Notes: generated from the sequence alone by a model not told the origin. A stretch of DNA of 64,000 bases from an uncultured Chloroflexia bacterium (GCA_963768655.1 CAVYIM010000005.1:1-64000), one strand, 5' to 3'. Shown: positions 21,842 through 32,299, counted from the first letter of the stretch. Numbers and translations: made by a program.

Positions 21842-22564
21842 CTAAGTGCGGATCATGCGCATGCCGCATTTGGGGCAGTAGAACGCCCGCACGTGCCCCG
21901 AGTTGAAGCCGCAGTGGCCGCACACGAGACCATCCGTCTTCGTGCCGGCGACGGGTCGCTCGACGGACACGACTCCCAGGGCGTGATGATCCCCCGCGAT
22001 GTTGCCGAACAACCCCGCCAGGATCCGCGAGGCATTCCGGTCCGTGTCGCCGCGCACGCCCTTCCCGCCCCAACCCACGACCGCCCGAACGATCATGTCG
22101 CCGGTCATCTCGTCCCAGTGCGACGCGACACCGCCGACTATGGTGTTGTATTCGGGGTACCCGGACGTGTCGAGCTCACCGTCCAAGAGGCCGCCCACGA
22201 ACGTGTCGAAAGCCAGATCGATCGCGTCGACGGCCTCCAGCACCACGAGGGCATGCCGCGTGATGGGCAGCCGCTTGCGGTGGTACGTCAGCCATTCCGC
22301 GGCGTCGGGCATGCGAACGATGAACGGGGCTGCCTTGCCCAGCTCGACCGGGTACGGCTCGACCAGCTCCGGCTCCCCCTTTACGTAGCCATCGAGCATC
22401 CGCGCCAGGCGAGCGACGGCGCTGGGCCCCGTCTTGATGCGCACGCTCTCGCTGCTCTTCGCCGAGTACGAGAGCTTCAGCGTGAAGTCCTGGGCAGGGA
22501 CCTCTTCGACAACTGGCTGTGGGTTGACCTGGGCGGGCTTGTTGCTCTTCCCGAAGAGCGGCAT
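21842..22564 (-). CDS. Hypothetical protein with C-terminal zinc ribbon
   Basis: ATG with GAGGA RBS; CGHC...CPKCG at the C-terminus. Confidence 0.7.
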   Translation of the reverse strand: MPLFGKSNKPAQVNPQPVVEEVPAQDFTLKLSYSAKSSESVRIKTGPSAVARLARMLDGYVKGEPELVEPYPVELGKAAPFIVRMPDAAEWLTYHRKRLPITRHALVVLEAVDAIDLAFDTFVGGLLDGELDTSGYPEYNTIVGGVASHWDEMTGDMIVRAVVGWGGKGVRGDTDRNASRILAGLFGNIAGDHHALGVVSVERPVAGTKTDGLVCGHCGFNSGHVRAFYCPKCGMRMIRT

Positions 22565-22737
22565 TGTCGTTCCTCGAAGGTGTGGCGAACCTGCACGTAT
22601 CCTATCGTGCGCCGCGGCCGTCTGCGCCGGTACCGTCGCGTATACAGGTAGCGCCAATGGGGCGTTGCGGCTCTCCAGAGGACCGCGGGGCGCCCGGCAG
22701 GCGGCCGCCGGGGCTCCGGGCCGCGCTGAGGGGCCGG

Positions 22738-25563
22738 CTACCTGCCGACCCGGCCGGCCAGCCTGGCCACCAGCTCCTCCAGCTCGGCGGCTCGCGCCTT
22801 CGCGCCGTCGACCACGGCCGGGGGCGCCTTGGAGACGAACGCCTCATTGGCGAGCCTGGCGCGGGCGGCCGCGAGAAGTCCCTGCGCCTCGGCCAGCTCC
22901 CGCTCGAGGCGGGCCCGGTCACGCTCGTCCTGGGCTTCGTCGCGGGCCGCGGGCCGGACCATGGCCTCGGTCTCGCCGGCGATCACCGATAGGCCGCCGG
23001 CCACTCCCCGTCGAACCAATTCTGGGCTCAGCTCGCGGCCGAGCGGCTTTGCCCGGGCCAGTCGCTCGATCGCCGGCCGGAGCGCCTCGAAGGTCGGACC
23101 GAGAGATTCGGGCACGTAGACGTCCAGAGGCAGCCACGCGGCCGGTTCGATGCGGGCCTCGGACCGGGCATTGCGCACGGCCCGCACCAGGTCGATCAGG
23201 GCGGCGACCTCAACCTCGGCCGCGGCATCTGCGGCATCGGCGTCGACGGTCGGCCAGTCGGCGACGATCAGCAGGGTCGGATCCTGGGCCCCGTGGGGAA
23301 GCCGCTCCCAGATCGTCTCGGTCACGAAGGGCATGATCGGATGGAGCAGCCGCAGGTACGTATCCAGGACCTCGACCAGCGTCCACCAGGTCGCCTCGCG
23401 CTCGTCCGGGCCGAGGTTGTCGTCGCCGAGGCGGATCTTCGCCAGCTCCACGGCCCAGTCGCAGTACTCGTTCCAGATCGCCTCGTAGAGAATCTGGCTG
23501 GCGTCACCGAACCCGTACAGGCTCATCGCCTCGTCCACCGCGGCCACCGTCGCCGCGGCCCGCGACAGAATCCAGCGGTCGGCTGGGCCGACCTTGTCGC
23601 GGGCGGGAAGTTCGCGCGGCGCGCCGGCGGGAATCGAGGCCGGGCGAGCGCCCAGGACGAACCGGGCCGCGTTCCAGAGCTTGTTGGTGAAGTTGCGGGC
23701 GTTCTCGAGCTTCTCAGCGCCCAGGCGGGCGTCGTTGCCGGGCGCCGTGCCGTTCACCAGCGCAAAGCGCAGCGCGTCGGCGCCGACCTCCTCGATCGTC
23801 TCGAGCGGGTCGACGGAGTTGCCCTTCGTCTTGGACATCTTCTGGCCGTACGGATCGCGGATAAGGCCGGACAGATAGACCGTGTGGAAGGGCGCCTCGC
23901 CGGTCAGGTGGATGCCCAGCATCATCATCCGGGCGACCCAGAAGAAGATGATGTCGTAGGCCGTCTCCATGACCGAGCCCGGGTAGAAGCGCTCGAAGTC
24001 GCGCGTCTTCTCCGGCCAGCCCAGGGTCGAGAACGGCCACAAGCCCGAGCTGAACCAGGTGTCGAAGATGTCCTCGTCCTGGCGCAGGTCGGCGGCCGGG
24101 CGGGCGCACACGTCGCACGCCTTCGGGCCGGCCGGGTCGGCCGTCACCGTCGTGTGGCCCTCCGGGCAGTACCAGGCCGGAATGCGGTGGCCCCACCACA
24201 GTTGGCGGCTGACGTTCCAGTCGCGCATCTCGGTCATCCAGTGCTCCCAGACCTTGACGAACCGTTCGGGCAGGATCTGCGTCTTGCCCGACCGCGTCGC
24301 TTCGAGGGCCGCGGCGGCGAGCGGCGCGACGCGGACGAACCACTGCGTCTTGAGGCGAGGCTCCACCGCGTCGTCGGAGCGCTGGCAGCGGCCGAGCAGC
24401 ATCTCGTGGGGCTTGATCGACTCCATGTCGCCGCGGGCTTGCAGGGCTTCCACGATCTGGCGGCGGGCCTCGTAGCGGTCAAGGCCGGCGAACTGGGCGC
24501 CGTTCTCGTTGACGCGGGCGGCGTCGTCGAGCACGGTGATCATCGGCAGGCCGTGGCGCTTGCCGGTCTCGTAGTCGTCCTGGTCGTGGGCGGGGGTGAT
24601 CTTGACCGCGCCGGTCCCGAAGGCTCGATCCACCACCGGGTCGGCGATGATCGGCACCACGCGATCGACGAACGGGATCATCGCCCGGCGGCCGACCAGA
24701 GCGGCATACCGCTGGTCCTCCGGGTTCACAGCCACGGCCGTGTCGCCCAGGAGCGTCTCCGGGCGCGTCGTGGCCACGGCGATCCACGCATTCGGGTCGG
24801 GGGCGCCCGTCGCCTCATCGACCAGGTGGTAGCGCATGGTCCACAGGCTGCCGGTCGTTTCGTGCGGAATGACTTCCAGGTCCGAAACGCTGGTCCGGCA
24901 GCCGGGGCACCAGTGGATCAGAGCCTCGGTCCGGTAGGCCAGGCCTTCGCGGTACAGGCGCAGGAAGGCCTCGCGAACGGCGCGCGCCGAGACGTCGTCC
25001 ATGGTGAAGCGAAGGCGGCTCATGTCGAGCGAGGCGCCGACCCGGCGCTGCTGGCTCAGGATCGTCTGGCGTGTCTCGCGGACGAACTCCCACATCGCCT
25101 CGAGGTACTTCTCGCGGCCGAGGGTCTGGCGGGTCTCGCCCTTCCTGGCCAGGATCTTGTCGAGCACGTACTGCGCGGCGATGGAAGCGTGGTCGAGGCC
25201 CGGCAGGAAGAGCGCCGGCCGGCCCTGCATTCGCGCGTGCCGGGTCATCAGGTCCTCGACCGTGGAGCGCTGGGCGTGGCCCAGGTGCAGCGAGCCGGTC
25301 ACGTTCGGCGGCGGCTGGATGATGACGAAGGGCGGCTTGCTCCAGTCGGCGCGCGAGCCTTTGCCCTCGGGGTCGAAGACGTCGGCGTCGAGCCAGCGCT
25401 GGAAGACGGCGTGCTCGACGTCGGCCGGGCGGTAGGCCTTCGCCAGCGCCGCTTCTTCGAGCGTGCCGCCGCCGCCGGCCGCGCCGCCGCCGGTCACGCC
25501 CGTCGAACTGCCGGCCCCCGTCCTCCGCGTCTCCGACTGCTCCGCCATCGCTCGCTCCGTCAA
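22738..25563 (-). CDS. valS: Valine--tRNA ligase
   Basis: PPPNVTGSLHLGH, DWNVSRQLWWGHRIP, DTWFSSGLWP, KMSKTKGN motifs and C-terminal coiled coil; true start may be the ATG at 25548. Confidence 0.97.
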   Translation of the reverse strand: MTERAMAEQSETRRTGAGSSTGVTGGGAAGGGGTLEEAALAKAYRPADVEHAVFQRWLDADVFDPEGKGSRADWSKPPFVIIQPPPNVTGSLHLGHAQRSTVEDLMTRHARMQGRPALFLPGLDHASIAAQYVLDKILARKGETRQTLGREKYLEAMWEFVRETRQTILSQQRRVGASLDMSRLRFTMDDVSARAVREAFLRLYREGLAYRTEALIHWCPGCRTSVSDLEVIPHETTGSLWTMRYHLVDEATGAPDPNAWIAVATTRPETLLGDTAVAVNPEDQRYAALVGRRAMIPFVDRVVPIIADPVVDRAFGTGAVKITPAHDQDDYETGKRHGLPMITVLDDAARVNENGAQFAGLDRYEARRQIVEALQARGDMESIKPHEMLLGRCQRSDDAVEPRLKTQWFVRVAPLAAAALEATRSGKTQILPERFVKVWEHWMTEMRDWNVSRQLWWGHRIPAWYCPEGHTTVTADPAGPKACDVCARPAADLRQDEDIFDTWFSSGLWPFSTLGWPEKTRDFERFYPGSVMETAYDIIFFWVARMMMLGIHLTGEAPFHTVYLSGLIRDPYGQKMSKTKGNSVDPLETIEEVGADALRFALVNGTAPGNDARLGAEKLENARNFTNKLWNAARFVLGARPASIPAGAPRELPARDKVGPADRWILSRAAATVAAVDEAMSLYGFGDASQILYEAIWNEYCDWAVELAKIRLGDDNLGPDEREATWWTLVEVLDTYLRLLHPIMPFVTETIWERLPHGAQDPTLLIVADWPTVDADAADAAAEVEVAALIDLVRAVRNARSEARIEPAAWLPLDVYVPESLGPTFEALRPAIERLARAKPLGRELSPELVRRGVAGGLSVIAGETEAMVRPAARDEAQDERDRARLERELAEAQGLLAAARARLANEAFVSKAPPAVVDGAKARAAELEELVARLAGRVGR

Positions 25564-25565
25564 TC

Positions 25566-25810
25566 AAGCGACCCGCTCGTCCAGCGGACGAACGGGTCGT
25601 GGTACCACCTGCTGGTTCGGCATCGCCCGGCACCGGTCATCCCGGTCGCCGCTGCTGGCGTCGCCCTCTCGGCGCGCTATCGGGCGCCTCCCGCACAGCT
25701 CGCGAGCTACGTTCGCGCCGTTCCGACTGCGGGGCTTTCAGCCTGCGCCCGTGGCGCCGGCCCCGCTCTCTGCTCGCCGGATGGCGGCGGTACTCCTCTC
25801 GGTCAACGCC
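25566..25810 (-). promoter_or_regulatory. T-box riboswitch with Val (GTA) specifier upstream of valS
   Basis: Minus strand: AGAGGAGTA, AGAGAG, GCTGAAAG, specifier GAAC-GTA (25708-25710), T-box AGGTGGTACCACG, then hairpin GACCCGTTCGTCC-GCT-GGACGAGCGGGTC. Confidence 0.88.
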
Positions 25811-26419
25811 GTGAAGGCGCCGATCGTAGCACAGGCTTAGTCACTGTCCGGTCGGCGTCGACGTGGGCTTGCTCGTTGGCACTGGAATCACCGACGAAGG
25901 GGTCGTCGATTGTGAAGGACCCGGCGTTGGCGTCGGCGGCGGCGCGATCGTGACCGCGGGACGAAGCGTTCCCTGGACGGGCGAGCCCGTCAGTGCTTGC
26001 CCGAAGAACAGCCAACCGCCACCAGCGTAGAGAACGCCATCCGGTAGGCGCCCGGCAGTTCCGGCTCAGCCAGCCGCATGAAAGCCGCGGACATGTCCTC
26101 CGCAACCTGCCCGATGACTAACCCTCAGTGCGCCCTCCACTTCGATCGGCTCCCATTCTGCGCGGCCCACCGGCCGCGAGGTGCATCCAGACACGGTCCC
26201 GGCCCAAAAGGTTCGAGGGACTCCCAGATAGACAGGCATTTGCCGCTTGTGCGCGTTCGGCTACGCGCCTACCGGGCTGCTCCGTAGGCGCCCGCCAGGA
26301 TCACGCCGCGCGGCATGACCAGGAAACCCCCGTAGCCGCCGTAACCAGCGCTCGACGGATCGCCGCCCGCCCATTCGACCGTCGACCAGGTGTGCCCGTC
26401 GAACGAGAGCCAGGCCTTC

Positions 26420-27910
26420 TTACCGCCCTGGCGTCGTGAATCCCGTGGCGGTCATCGTCGGGCCGGGCGACGCCGTGGCGGTCGCCTCGGCCGCCGGCGT
26501 CGAGGTTGGATACGGCAGCGTGGGCCCGGGCGATGGCGTCGTCGGCGGGCCCAGCGAACCCTCCGGCGCGACGCCCGCCAGCCCCTGCCCAAAGTAGACG
26601 CGATCGGCGGCGATCCAGAGAACCCCGTTGGGGAGCAGCACGAGCTGACCGTCGGCCGGCAGGCTACCGACGTCGCCGCCTTGCTGGAGCTGGGTCCAGT
26701 GGCCGTCGCCTTCGCTCAAGTAGAAGACTTCGCCCAATTCGGCGGCCATGACGATGCGGCTGCCGTTCGAGGCGGTCTGGTCGCTGCTGAGCGAACCCGG
26801 GAAGCTGTCATTGTCGACGAGCCACGTCAGGCCGCCATCCGTGGAGTGGATCAACCCGTTGCCGGCGCCGACCTTGCCCAGCTGCATCAACGCCCACGGC
26901 TGCTCATTGGAACTGACGGCGGTAGCGGGCAGCGCTGGATCGTAGGCCGTCCAGGTCAGGCCGTCTCGCGATCTCCAGGACCGGTACGAATAGTGGCGCT
27001 CGGCGCCCGCTCCGGAGCTGTAAACCACCTCGCCGTTCGGGTCGGAAACCAGCCCCACCGCGACGAACCCGTCGATGAACCGGCTGACGGTTACCCGATA
27101 GGCCGAGGCCAGGTCGGCCGGCAATGAGGCGCGAGTCCAAGTCTGCGCATCGGTGGTGAAGTAGATCTCGGATGGTCCGGGCGGATCTCCGGCCCCGGTC
27201 GTCACCGCGACGACGCCGGGCTCGCCGGCGACGAGATCGGAGACCTCCGCGACGTCAAACGGCACCGAGGCCGGCACCCACGTGGCCCCGTCCTCTGTAA
27301 GCCAGAGTCCCGCTTTCGAGCCGCCGTTGGCCATGCCGGCCACGAGGAGGCCGTCGCCAACGGCGACCGCGGCCGGGAATGTCGGGCCACCCGACGAACC
27401 CTTCCACGTGATCCCGTCCGTCGACAGCCACAGCTTGAAGTCACCGCCCAGCGCCGCGTAGCCGCCGCGCCACCGGACCACTCCCGAGCCAGCGGCCGCG
27501 GTGGTGAAGAACTGTGGTCTGGCCAAACCGCCGGCGGTTGGGGTGATGTCGTGCCACTGCAATCCCGTCCACTGGCCCTGGCCGGCGTCCGGGCGGAGCG
27601 TCCAGGACGCCGTGGTGGACGGGCCGCGCGTGGCGACGAACAACCCGGCCGCCGAGATGGCGATCAGCAGTACCGCGGCGAGAGCCGTCACGGCCCCGAT
27701 TTGCCGCAGGCCGGACGGTCCGCGTCGAACCGACTGTCCGCCTCCGACCAGACGAGCGCGCGCGGGTTCCAGACCATCGGCCCCGCGCGTCCCCTCGCCG
27801 TGCGCAACCCTGTCCACGGCCCGGAACAAAGATGCCGGAGCGTCTGGCTGCGGATCCGCAGCAACTCGGCGCAGGCGAGCCTCGAGTTCGGGATCGTCCT
27901 CGTAGCTCAT
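26420..27910 (-). CDS. Membrane-anchored putative anti-sigma factor with extracellular Asp-box/BNR repeats
   Basis: Short N-terminal cytoplasmic domain, one TM, repeated S-x-D-G-x-T-W motifs; start overlaps the ECF sigma stop. Confidence 0.75.
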   Translation of the reverse strand: MSYEDDPELEARLRRVAADPQPDAPASLFRAVDRVAHGEGTRGADGLEPARARLVGGGQSVRRGPSGLRQIGAVTALAAVLLIAISAAGLFVATRGPSTTASWTLRPDAGQGQWTGLQWHDITPTAGGLARPQFFTTAAAGSGVVRWRGGYAALGGDFKLWLSTDGITWKGSSGGPTFPAAVAVGDGLLVAGMANGGSKAGLWLTEDGATWVPASVPFDVAEVSDLVAGEPGVVAVTTGAGDPPGPSEIYFTTDAQTWTRASLPADLASAYRVTVSRFIDGFVAVGLVSDPNGEVVYSSGAGAERHYSYRSWRSRDGLTWTAYDPALPATAVSSNEQPWALMQLGKVGAGNGLIHSTDGGLTWLVDNDSFPGSLSSDQTASNGSRIVMAAELGEVFYLSEGDGHWTQLQQGGDVGSLPADGQLVLLPNGVLWIAADRVYFGQGLAGVAPEGSLGPPTTPSPGPTLPYPTSTPAAEATATASPGPTMTATGFTTPGR

Positions 27911-28461
27911 CGGGACACCTCCCCGCCCTGGCGATCGAGCTGCCGGCGGAGCTCTTTCATGGCGTAGTGAAGCCGCGACTTCACGGTTCCCTGAGGCACG
28001 TGCAATCGCTCCGCGATCTCGTCGAGCGAGAGATCCCGCCAGAAGCGGAGCGCGATGACCATCTGCTGATCGGGTGGCAGGTTCCGGACCAGGCGGCCGA
28101 CTTCGTCGCGCGACAGCGCCTCTCGAAATGGATCTCCCGAGCCTGGCACTCCGGCCGCCTCCGGATCAAGCGCCAGGACTCTGACGCCTCGCCGACCACG
28201 CAGCCTGTCCTTGCAGACGTTGGCGACGATGCGGTCGAACCAAGCCCGCGCCCGGTCCCGTTCACGAAGCCTGGACCACGCCTGCCACGCCTTCTCGAGT
28301 GCTTCCTGCGTGGCGTCCTCGGCTTCCGACGAGTCGCCGAGCAGGTAGCCTGCGAGCCTGTACGCGCCGGGGAGCGCCACCCCGATGAGACGAACGAACT
28401 CCGTGGCCTCGTCTGCTGCCGGAACGGTCAGCACCACCCTCCAGGCTCCTTCCCCGGTCAT
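27907..28461 (-). CDS. ECF (sigma-70 group 4) sigma factor
   Basis: AEDATQEA...AWFDRIVAN (region 2) and EIAERLHVPQGTVKSRLH (region 4); start uncertain. Confidence 0.9.
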   Translation of the reverse strand: MTGEGAWRVVLTVPAADEATEFVRLIGVALPGAYRLAGYLLGDSSEAEDATQEALEKAWQAWSRLRERDRARAWFDRIVANVCKDRLRGRRGVRVLALDPEAAGVPGSGDPFREALSRDEVGRLVRNLPPDQQMVIALRFWRDLSLDEIAERLHVPQGTVKSRLHYAMKELRRQLDRQGGEVSR

Positions 28462-28504
28462 GCTCGGCTCCCTGTCTGGCCACTCCTTCCCGGAGTGCTG
28501 TTCC

Positions 28505-28531
28505 AGACGGAACCGCGAGTCGAAAGGTTCA
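28505..28531 (-). promoter_or_regulatory. Putative autoregulatory ECF promoter TGAACC-N16-CGTCT
   Basis: Matches the typical ECF -35 GAAC / -10 CGTC pattern, just upstream of the sigma gene. Confidence 0.6.
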
Positions 28532-28778
28532 ACGCATCTGCAGACGATAGCGGCTTCCCGACCTCGGCCGAGTGGCTCGCGGTGAGTCAGCTGGCGGCGC
28601 GTGGTGGGCCGTTGCTGCTGGCGTGGGCCTGTGGTCCCCCCTGGACACGGGCCGCTCGTTGTTGCATCGCGTATACGCCAACGCGATCCCGAACACGGCC
28701 TTGCTGGTGGTGCTGGCGATCCCGCTGATCGGCACCTTCGGCGAGTTCCACTAGTCGGGCGGCCGGTATGCTGCGCCG

Positions 28779-31718
28779 GTGACACCGAACGCCGCCGCCA
28801 GCCGCGAGGCCGCTTCCCGCCGCGCATCTCTCGCCGCCGATCTGCGCGTCCACGTTCGCGGCGAGGTCCAGTTCTCGCCGGGCGACTGTGCGCTCTATTC
28901 CACGGACTCGTCCAACTACCGCCAGCTCCCGATCGGCGTGGTGCGGCCGTTCGACACGGACGATCTCACGGAAACAATCCGGGTCTGCCGCGACCACGAC
29001 GCGCCGGTCACGCTGCGTGGCGGCGGCACCAGCCTGGCCGGCCAGGCCACGAACCGGGCCGTCCTGGTGGACGTCTCGCGACACCTCACCCGCGTCCTGG
29101 CGTTGGACCCGGAGCGGCGCGTCGCCCGCGTCCAGCCGGGAGTGATCCTCGACGATCTGCGCGCGGCCGCGGAGGCGCACCACCTGACGTTCGGACCGGA
29201 TCCGGCCACGCATGACCGCTGCACTCTGGGCGGGATGCTCGGCAACGACTCGTGCGGCGCCCACTCGATCATGGCCGGGCGCACGAGCGACAACGTCGAG
29301 TCGCTGGACGTGCTCACCTACGATGGGCTGCGTCTGACGGTCGGCCGGATGGCGGACGGCGAGCTGGCCGCGATCTGCGCGGAGACAGGCCCGCGGGGCG
29401 AGATCTACCGATCCCTCCGCTCCCTCCGGGACCGCCACGCGGCGCTGATCCGCGAGCGCTACCCGAAACTGCCCCGGCTGGTCTCCGGCTTCCCACTTGG
29501 GGCGCTGCTGCCTGAGAACGGCTTCGACGTCGCCCGTTCGCTGGTTGGCACCGAAGGCACCTGCATCACCGTCCTCGGGGCGACGGTCCGGCTCGTTCCC
29601 AGCCCGCCCGGTCGAGCGCTGCTGGTCCTCGGCTTCCCGGACATCTTCGCGGCGGCGGATCGATCGCCCGAGATCATGACGGCCGGCCCGATCGGCCTGG
29701 AGGGTTTCGACGATCGATTGGTCGAAGCCTGCCGGCGAAAGGGACTGAACCGGGAGGCAACCCAGGGCTTGCCCACGGGCGCCGGCTGGCTGCTGGTCGA
29801 ATTCGGGGGCGAGACCGCCCGCGAAGCCGAGTCGAAGGCACGCCAGGCTGCCCGACGTTTCGGCGGCCGCGGGTCGGCCCGGGTGGTTCTCGACGGAGCG
29901 GAGCAGCAGGCGCTCTGGGCGCTGCGCGAGTCGGCCGTGGGCGCGACGGCCGTGGTCCCGGGCAAGCCCTCCACGTATCCGGGCTGGGAGGATTCGGCCG
30001 TCCCGCCCGATCGCCTGGGCGCGTACCTGCGCGAGCTGGACGCGCTGATCGGGCAGTTCGGCTTCGAACGTACCTTCTACGGCCACTTCGGCGACGGCTG
30101 CCTGCACCTGCGCTCCGAGTTCGACTTCCGAACTCCCGAAGGTCTGCGCGCCTTCCGCTCCTTCATCGAGCAGGCGGCCGACCTGGTGATCCGGCACGGC
30201 GGCTCGCTCTCGGGCGAGCACGGCGACGGCCAGGCGCGGGGCGAGCTGCTCGGGCGCATGTTCGGGCCGGAGCTCGTCGGGGCGTTTCGCGAGTTCAAGT
30301 CGATCTGGGATCCCCACGGGCGCATGAACCCGGGCAAGGTGGTCGATCCCCTGCCCCTGGACGCCGATCTGCGGCCCGCCATGCCACTCGCCGATCCGAA
30401 GACGCTCTTCGGGCTGCCCGACGACGGCGGCTCGCTGGCGCGGGCCGTAGCGCGCTGCGTCGGTGTCGGCAAATGCCGGCGCGAGTCGGGCGGGGCCATG
30501 TGCCCGACGTTCCAGGCCACGCACGAGGAACGCCACTCCACGCGAGGCCGCGCCCGGCTCCTCTGGGAGATGTTGGAGGGCGAGGCGCTGCCGGACCTGT
30601 GGCGCAGCGACGCGGTCCTGGAGGCCCTCGACCTGTGCATCGCCTGCAAGAGCTGCAGGAACGATTGCCCCGTCGGCGTGGACGTCGCCACCTACAAGGC
30701 CGAGTTCATGGCCCATCACTACGCCGGTCGGCTGCGGCCTCGGGTCGCGTATTCGATGGGCCTGATCCACTGGTGGGCGCACCTGGCCGCGATCGCTCCG
30801 GGCCTGGCCAATTCGGTCGGCGCCGCGCCGGGGGTCGCCGGGCTCGCGAAGCTGGTCGCCGGCGTGGACGGGCGGCGGTCGCTGCCGCGGTTCGGCGACC
30901 GGACCTTCCGCCGCGCGCTCCCCGAAGGCGTGGCGGACCTGGGCGGCGCCCGGGCGGCCGGCGATCGGCGCGTCGTCCTGTTCGCCGACACCTTCACCGA
31001 GGGCTTCGCGCCCTCGCAGGGACTTGCGGCGATGCGGGTGCTTGCGGCAGCCGGGTACGCCGTCGAAGTCCCCCGCGCCAACCTGTGCTGCGGCCGCCCG
31101 CTGTACGACCGCGGCTTCCTCCGGCAGGCCCGCCGGCTGCTCGGCCAGATCCTCGACGCCTTCGAGCCGGAGCTGGACTTGGGCGTGCCGATCGTGGTGC
31201 TGGAGCCCTCGTGCGAGGCCGTCTTCCACGACGAGCTGGTGAACCTGCTCCCGGCGGACCCTCGCGCCCGCCGGCTGGACGCGATGGCCACGGGCCTCGG
31301 CGCCTTCGTTGCGGCGCACCCGGACGAGTTCGCGGCCGCGTTGCCTGTCCGGCTCAGCGCCCCGACCGTGCTGCACGGGCACTGCCACCAGAAGGCGACC
31401 GTCGGGATGGCGGCCGAGGTGGCGACCCTGAGGTCGATCGGCCTGGCGCCGGCCCAGCCGGAACCCGGGTGCTGCGGCATGGCCGGCGCTTTCGGGTTCG
31501 AGCGCGGCGAGCACTACGAGCTATCGCAGAAGATCGGCGAGCGCGCGCTGCTGCCGGCGGTTCGAGCCGCCTCGCCTGACGCCCTGCTCGTCGCGGACGG
31601 CTTCAGCTGCCGCGAGCAGATCGCCCAGTCCGGCGGCCGCCGCGCCCTCCACCTCGCCGAAGTATTGGAGATGGCGCTGGCGCCTGCGCCCTCGCCCGCG
31701 GGCGCCGACCGCCGCTGA
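28779..31718 (+). CDS. FAD-binding and Fe-S-binding oxidoreductase (GlcD/GlcF fusion, YdiJ-like)
   Basis: RGGGTSLAGQ, GHFGDGCLH, SGEHGDG, CVGVGKC, CIACKSC...CP and CCG domains. Confidence 0.9.
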   Translation: MTPNAAASREAASRRASLAADLRVHVRGEVQFSPGDCALYSTDSSNYRQLPIGVVRPFDTDDLTETIRVCRDHDAPVTLRGGGTSLAGQATNRAVLVDVSRHLTRVLALDPERRVARVQPGVILDDLRAAAEAHHLTFGPDPATHDRCTLGGMLGNDSCGAHSIMAGRTSDNVESLDVLTYDGLRLTVGRMADGELAAICAETGPRGEIYRSLRSLRDRHAALIRERYPKLPRLVSGFPLGALLPENGFDVARSLVGTEGTCITVLGATVRLVPSPPGRALLVLGFPDIFAAADRSPEIMTAGPIGLEGFDDRLVEACRRKGLNREATQGLPTGAGWLLVEFGGETAREAESKARQAARRFGGRGSARVVLDGAEQQALWALRESAVGATAVVPGKPSTYPGWEDSAVPPDRLGAYLRELDALIGQFGFERTFYGHFGDGCLHLRSEFDFRTPEGLRAFRSFIEQAADLVIRHGGSLSGEHGDGQARGELLGRMFGPELVGAFREFKSIWDPHGRMNPGKVVDPLPLDADLRPAMPLADPKTLFGLPDDGGSLARAVARCVGVGKCRRESGGAMCPTFQATHEERHSTRGRARLLWEMLEGEALPDLWRSDAVLEALDLCIACKSCRNDCPVGVDVATYKAEFMAHHYAGRLRPRVAYSMGLIHWWAHLAAIAPGLANSVGAAPGVAGLAKLVAGVDGRRSLPRFGDRTFRRALPEGVADLGGARAAGDRRVVLFADTFTEGFAPSQGLAAMRVLAAAGYAVEVPRANLCCGRPLYDRGFLRQARRLLGQILDAFEPELDLGVPIVVLEPSCEAVFHDELVNLLPADPRARRLDAMATGLGAFVAAHPDEFAAALPVRLSAPTVLHGHCHQKATVGMAAEVATLRSIGLAPAQPEPGCCGMAGAFGFERGEHYELSQKIGERALLPAVRAASPDALLVADGFSCREQIAQSGGRRALHLAEVLEMALAPAPSPAGADRR

Positions 31719-31782
31719 GGTGACGGCGGGCCCTTGCTCGGGCGCCCGGCCGCTGCCACGATGGCTCGGAAAGAGGTGAGCC

Positions 31783-32166
31783 GTGGCCTACTTCGAAGAC
31801 GTCGTCGAGATGGCGAAGCACAACACCCTGTTCCGGAAGGTTCTCGCGACCGGCGAGCACAGTCAGGTCGTGGTCATGAGCCTCGCGCCCGGCGAGGAGA
31901 TCGGCGAAGAGGTTCACTCCGACGTCGACCAGGTCCTCGTCTTCGTGACCGGTGTCGGCGACGCGGTGATCGAGGGGAAGAAGACGCCCATCGGCCCCGG
32001 CTGGCTCGTGCAGGTGCCTGCCGGCGAGCGCCACAACTTCATCAACACCGGGCCCCAGGACCTTCGCCTCTACACGGTCTACTCGCCGCCCGAGCACGCG
32101 CCCGGTACCGTCCACCGCACGAAAGCCGACGCCGACGCCGCGGAGGCCGCCGAGCACGCCCACTGA
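31783..32166 (+). CDS. Cupin domain protein
   Basis: EIGEEVH...DQ...VPAGERHN...LYTVYSPPEH. Confidence 0.9.
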   Translation: MAYFEDVVEMAKHNTLFRKVLATGEHSQVVVMSLAPGEEIGEEVHSDVDQVLVFVTGVGDAVIEGKKTPIGPGWLVQVPAGERHNFINTGPQDLRLYTVYSPPEHAPGTVHRTKADADAAEAAEHAH

Positions 32167-32299
32167 CGGAGGCGCGAGGTCGCCAGACCTTCAGCGGCCG
32201 GGAGCAGAGCAAGAGACGCAGGTCACCTATCGAGATTCCTGGCTGCTAGCTCTGATCCAGGGCGGGCACCCACCGAAGGGTTCAAAGGGAGGCGGGACC

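Noticed and set aside
28572-28754. 60-aa ORF with a hydrophobic C-terminus
   Set aside because: Too short and no clear RBS; possibly a gene remnant but not supportable
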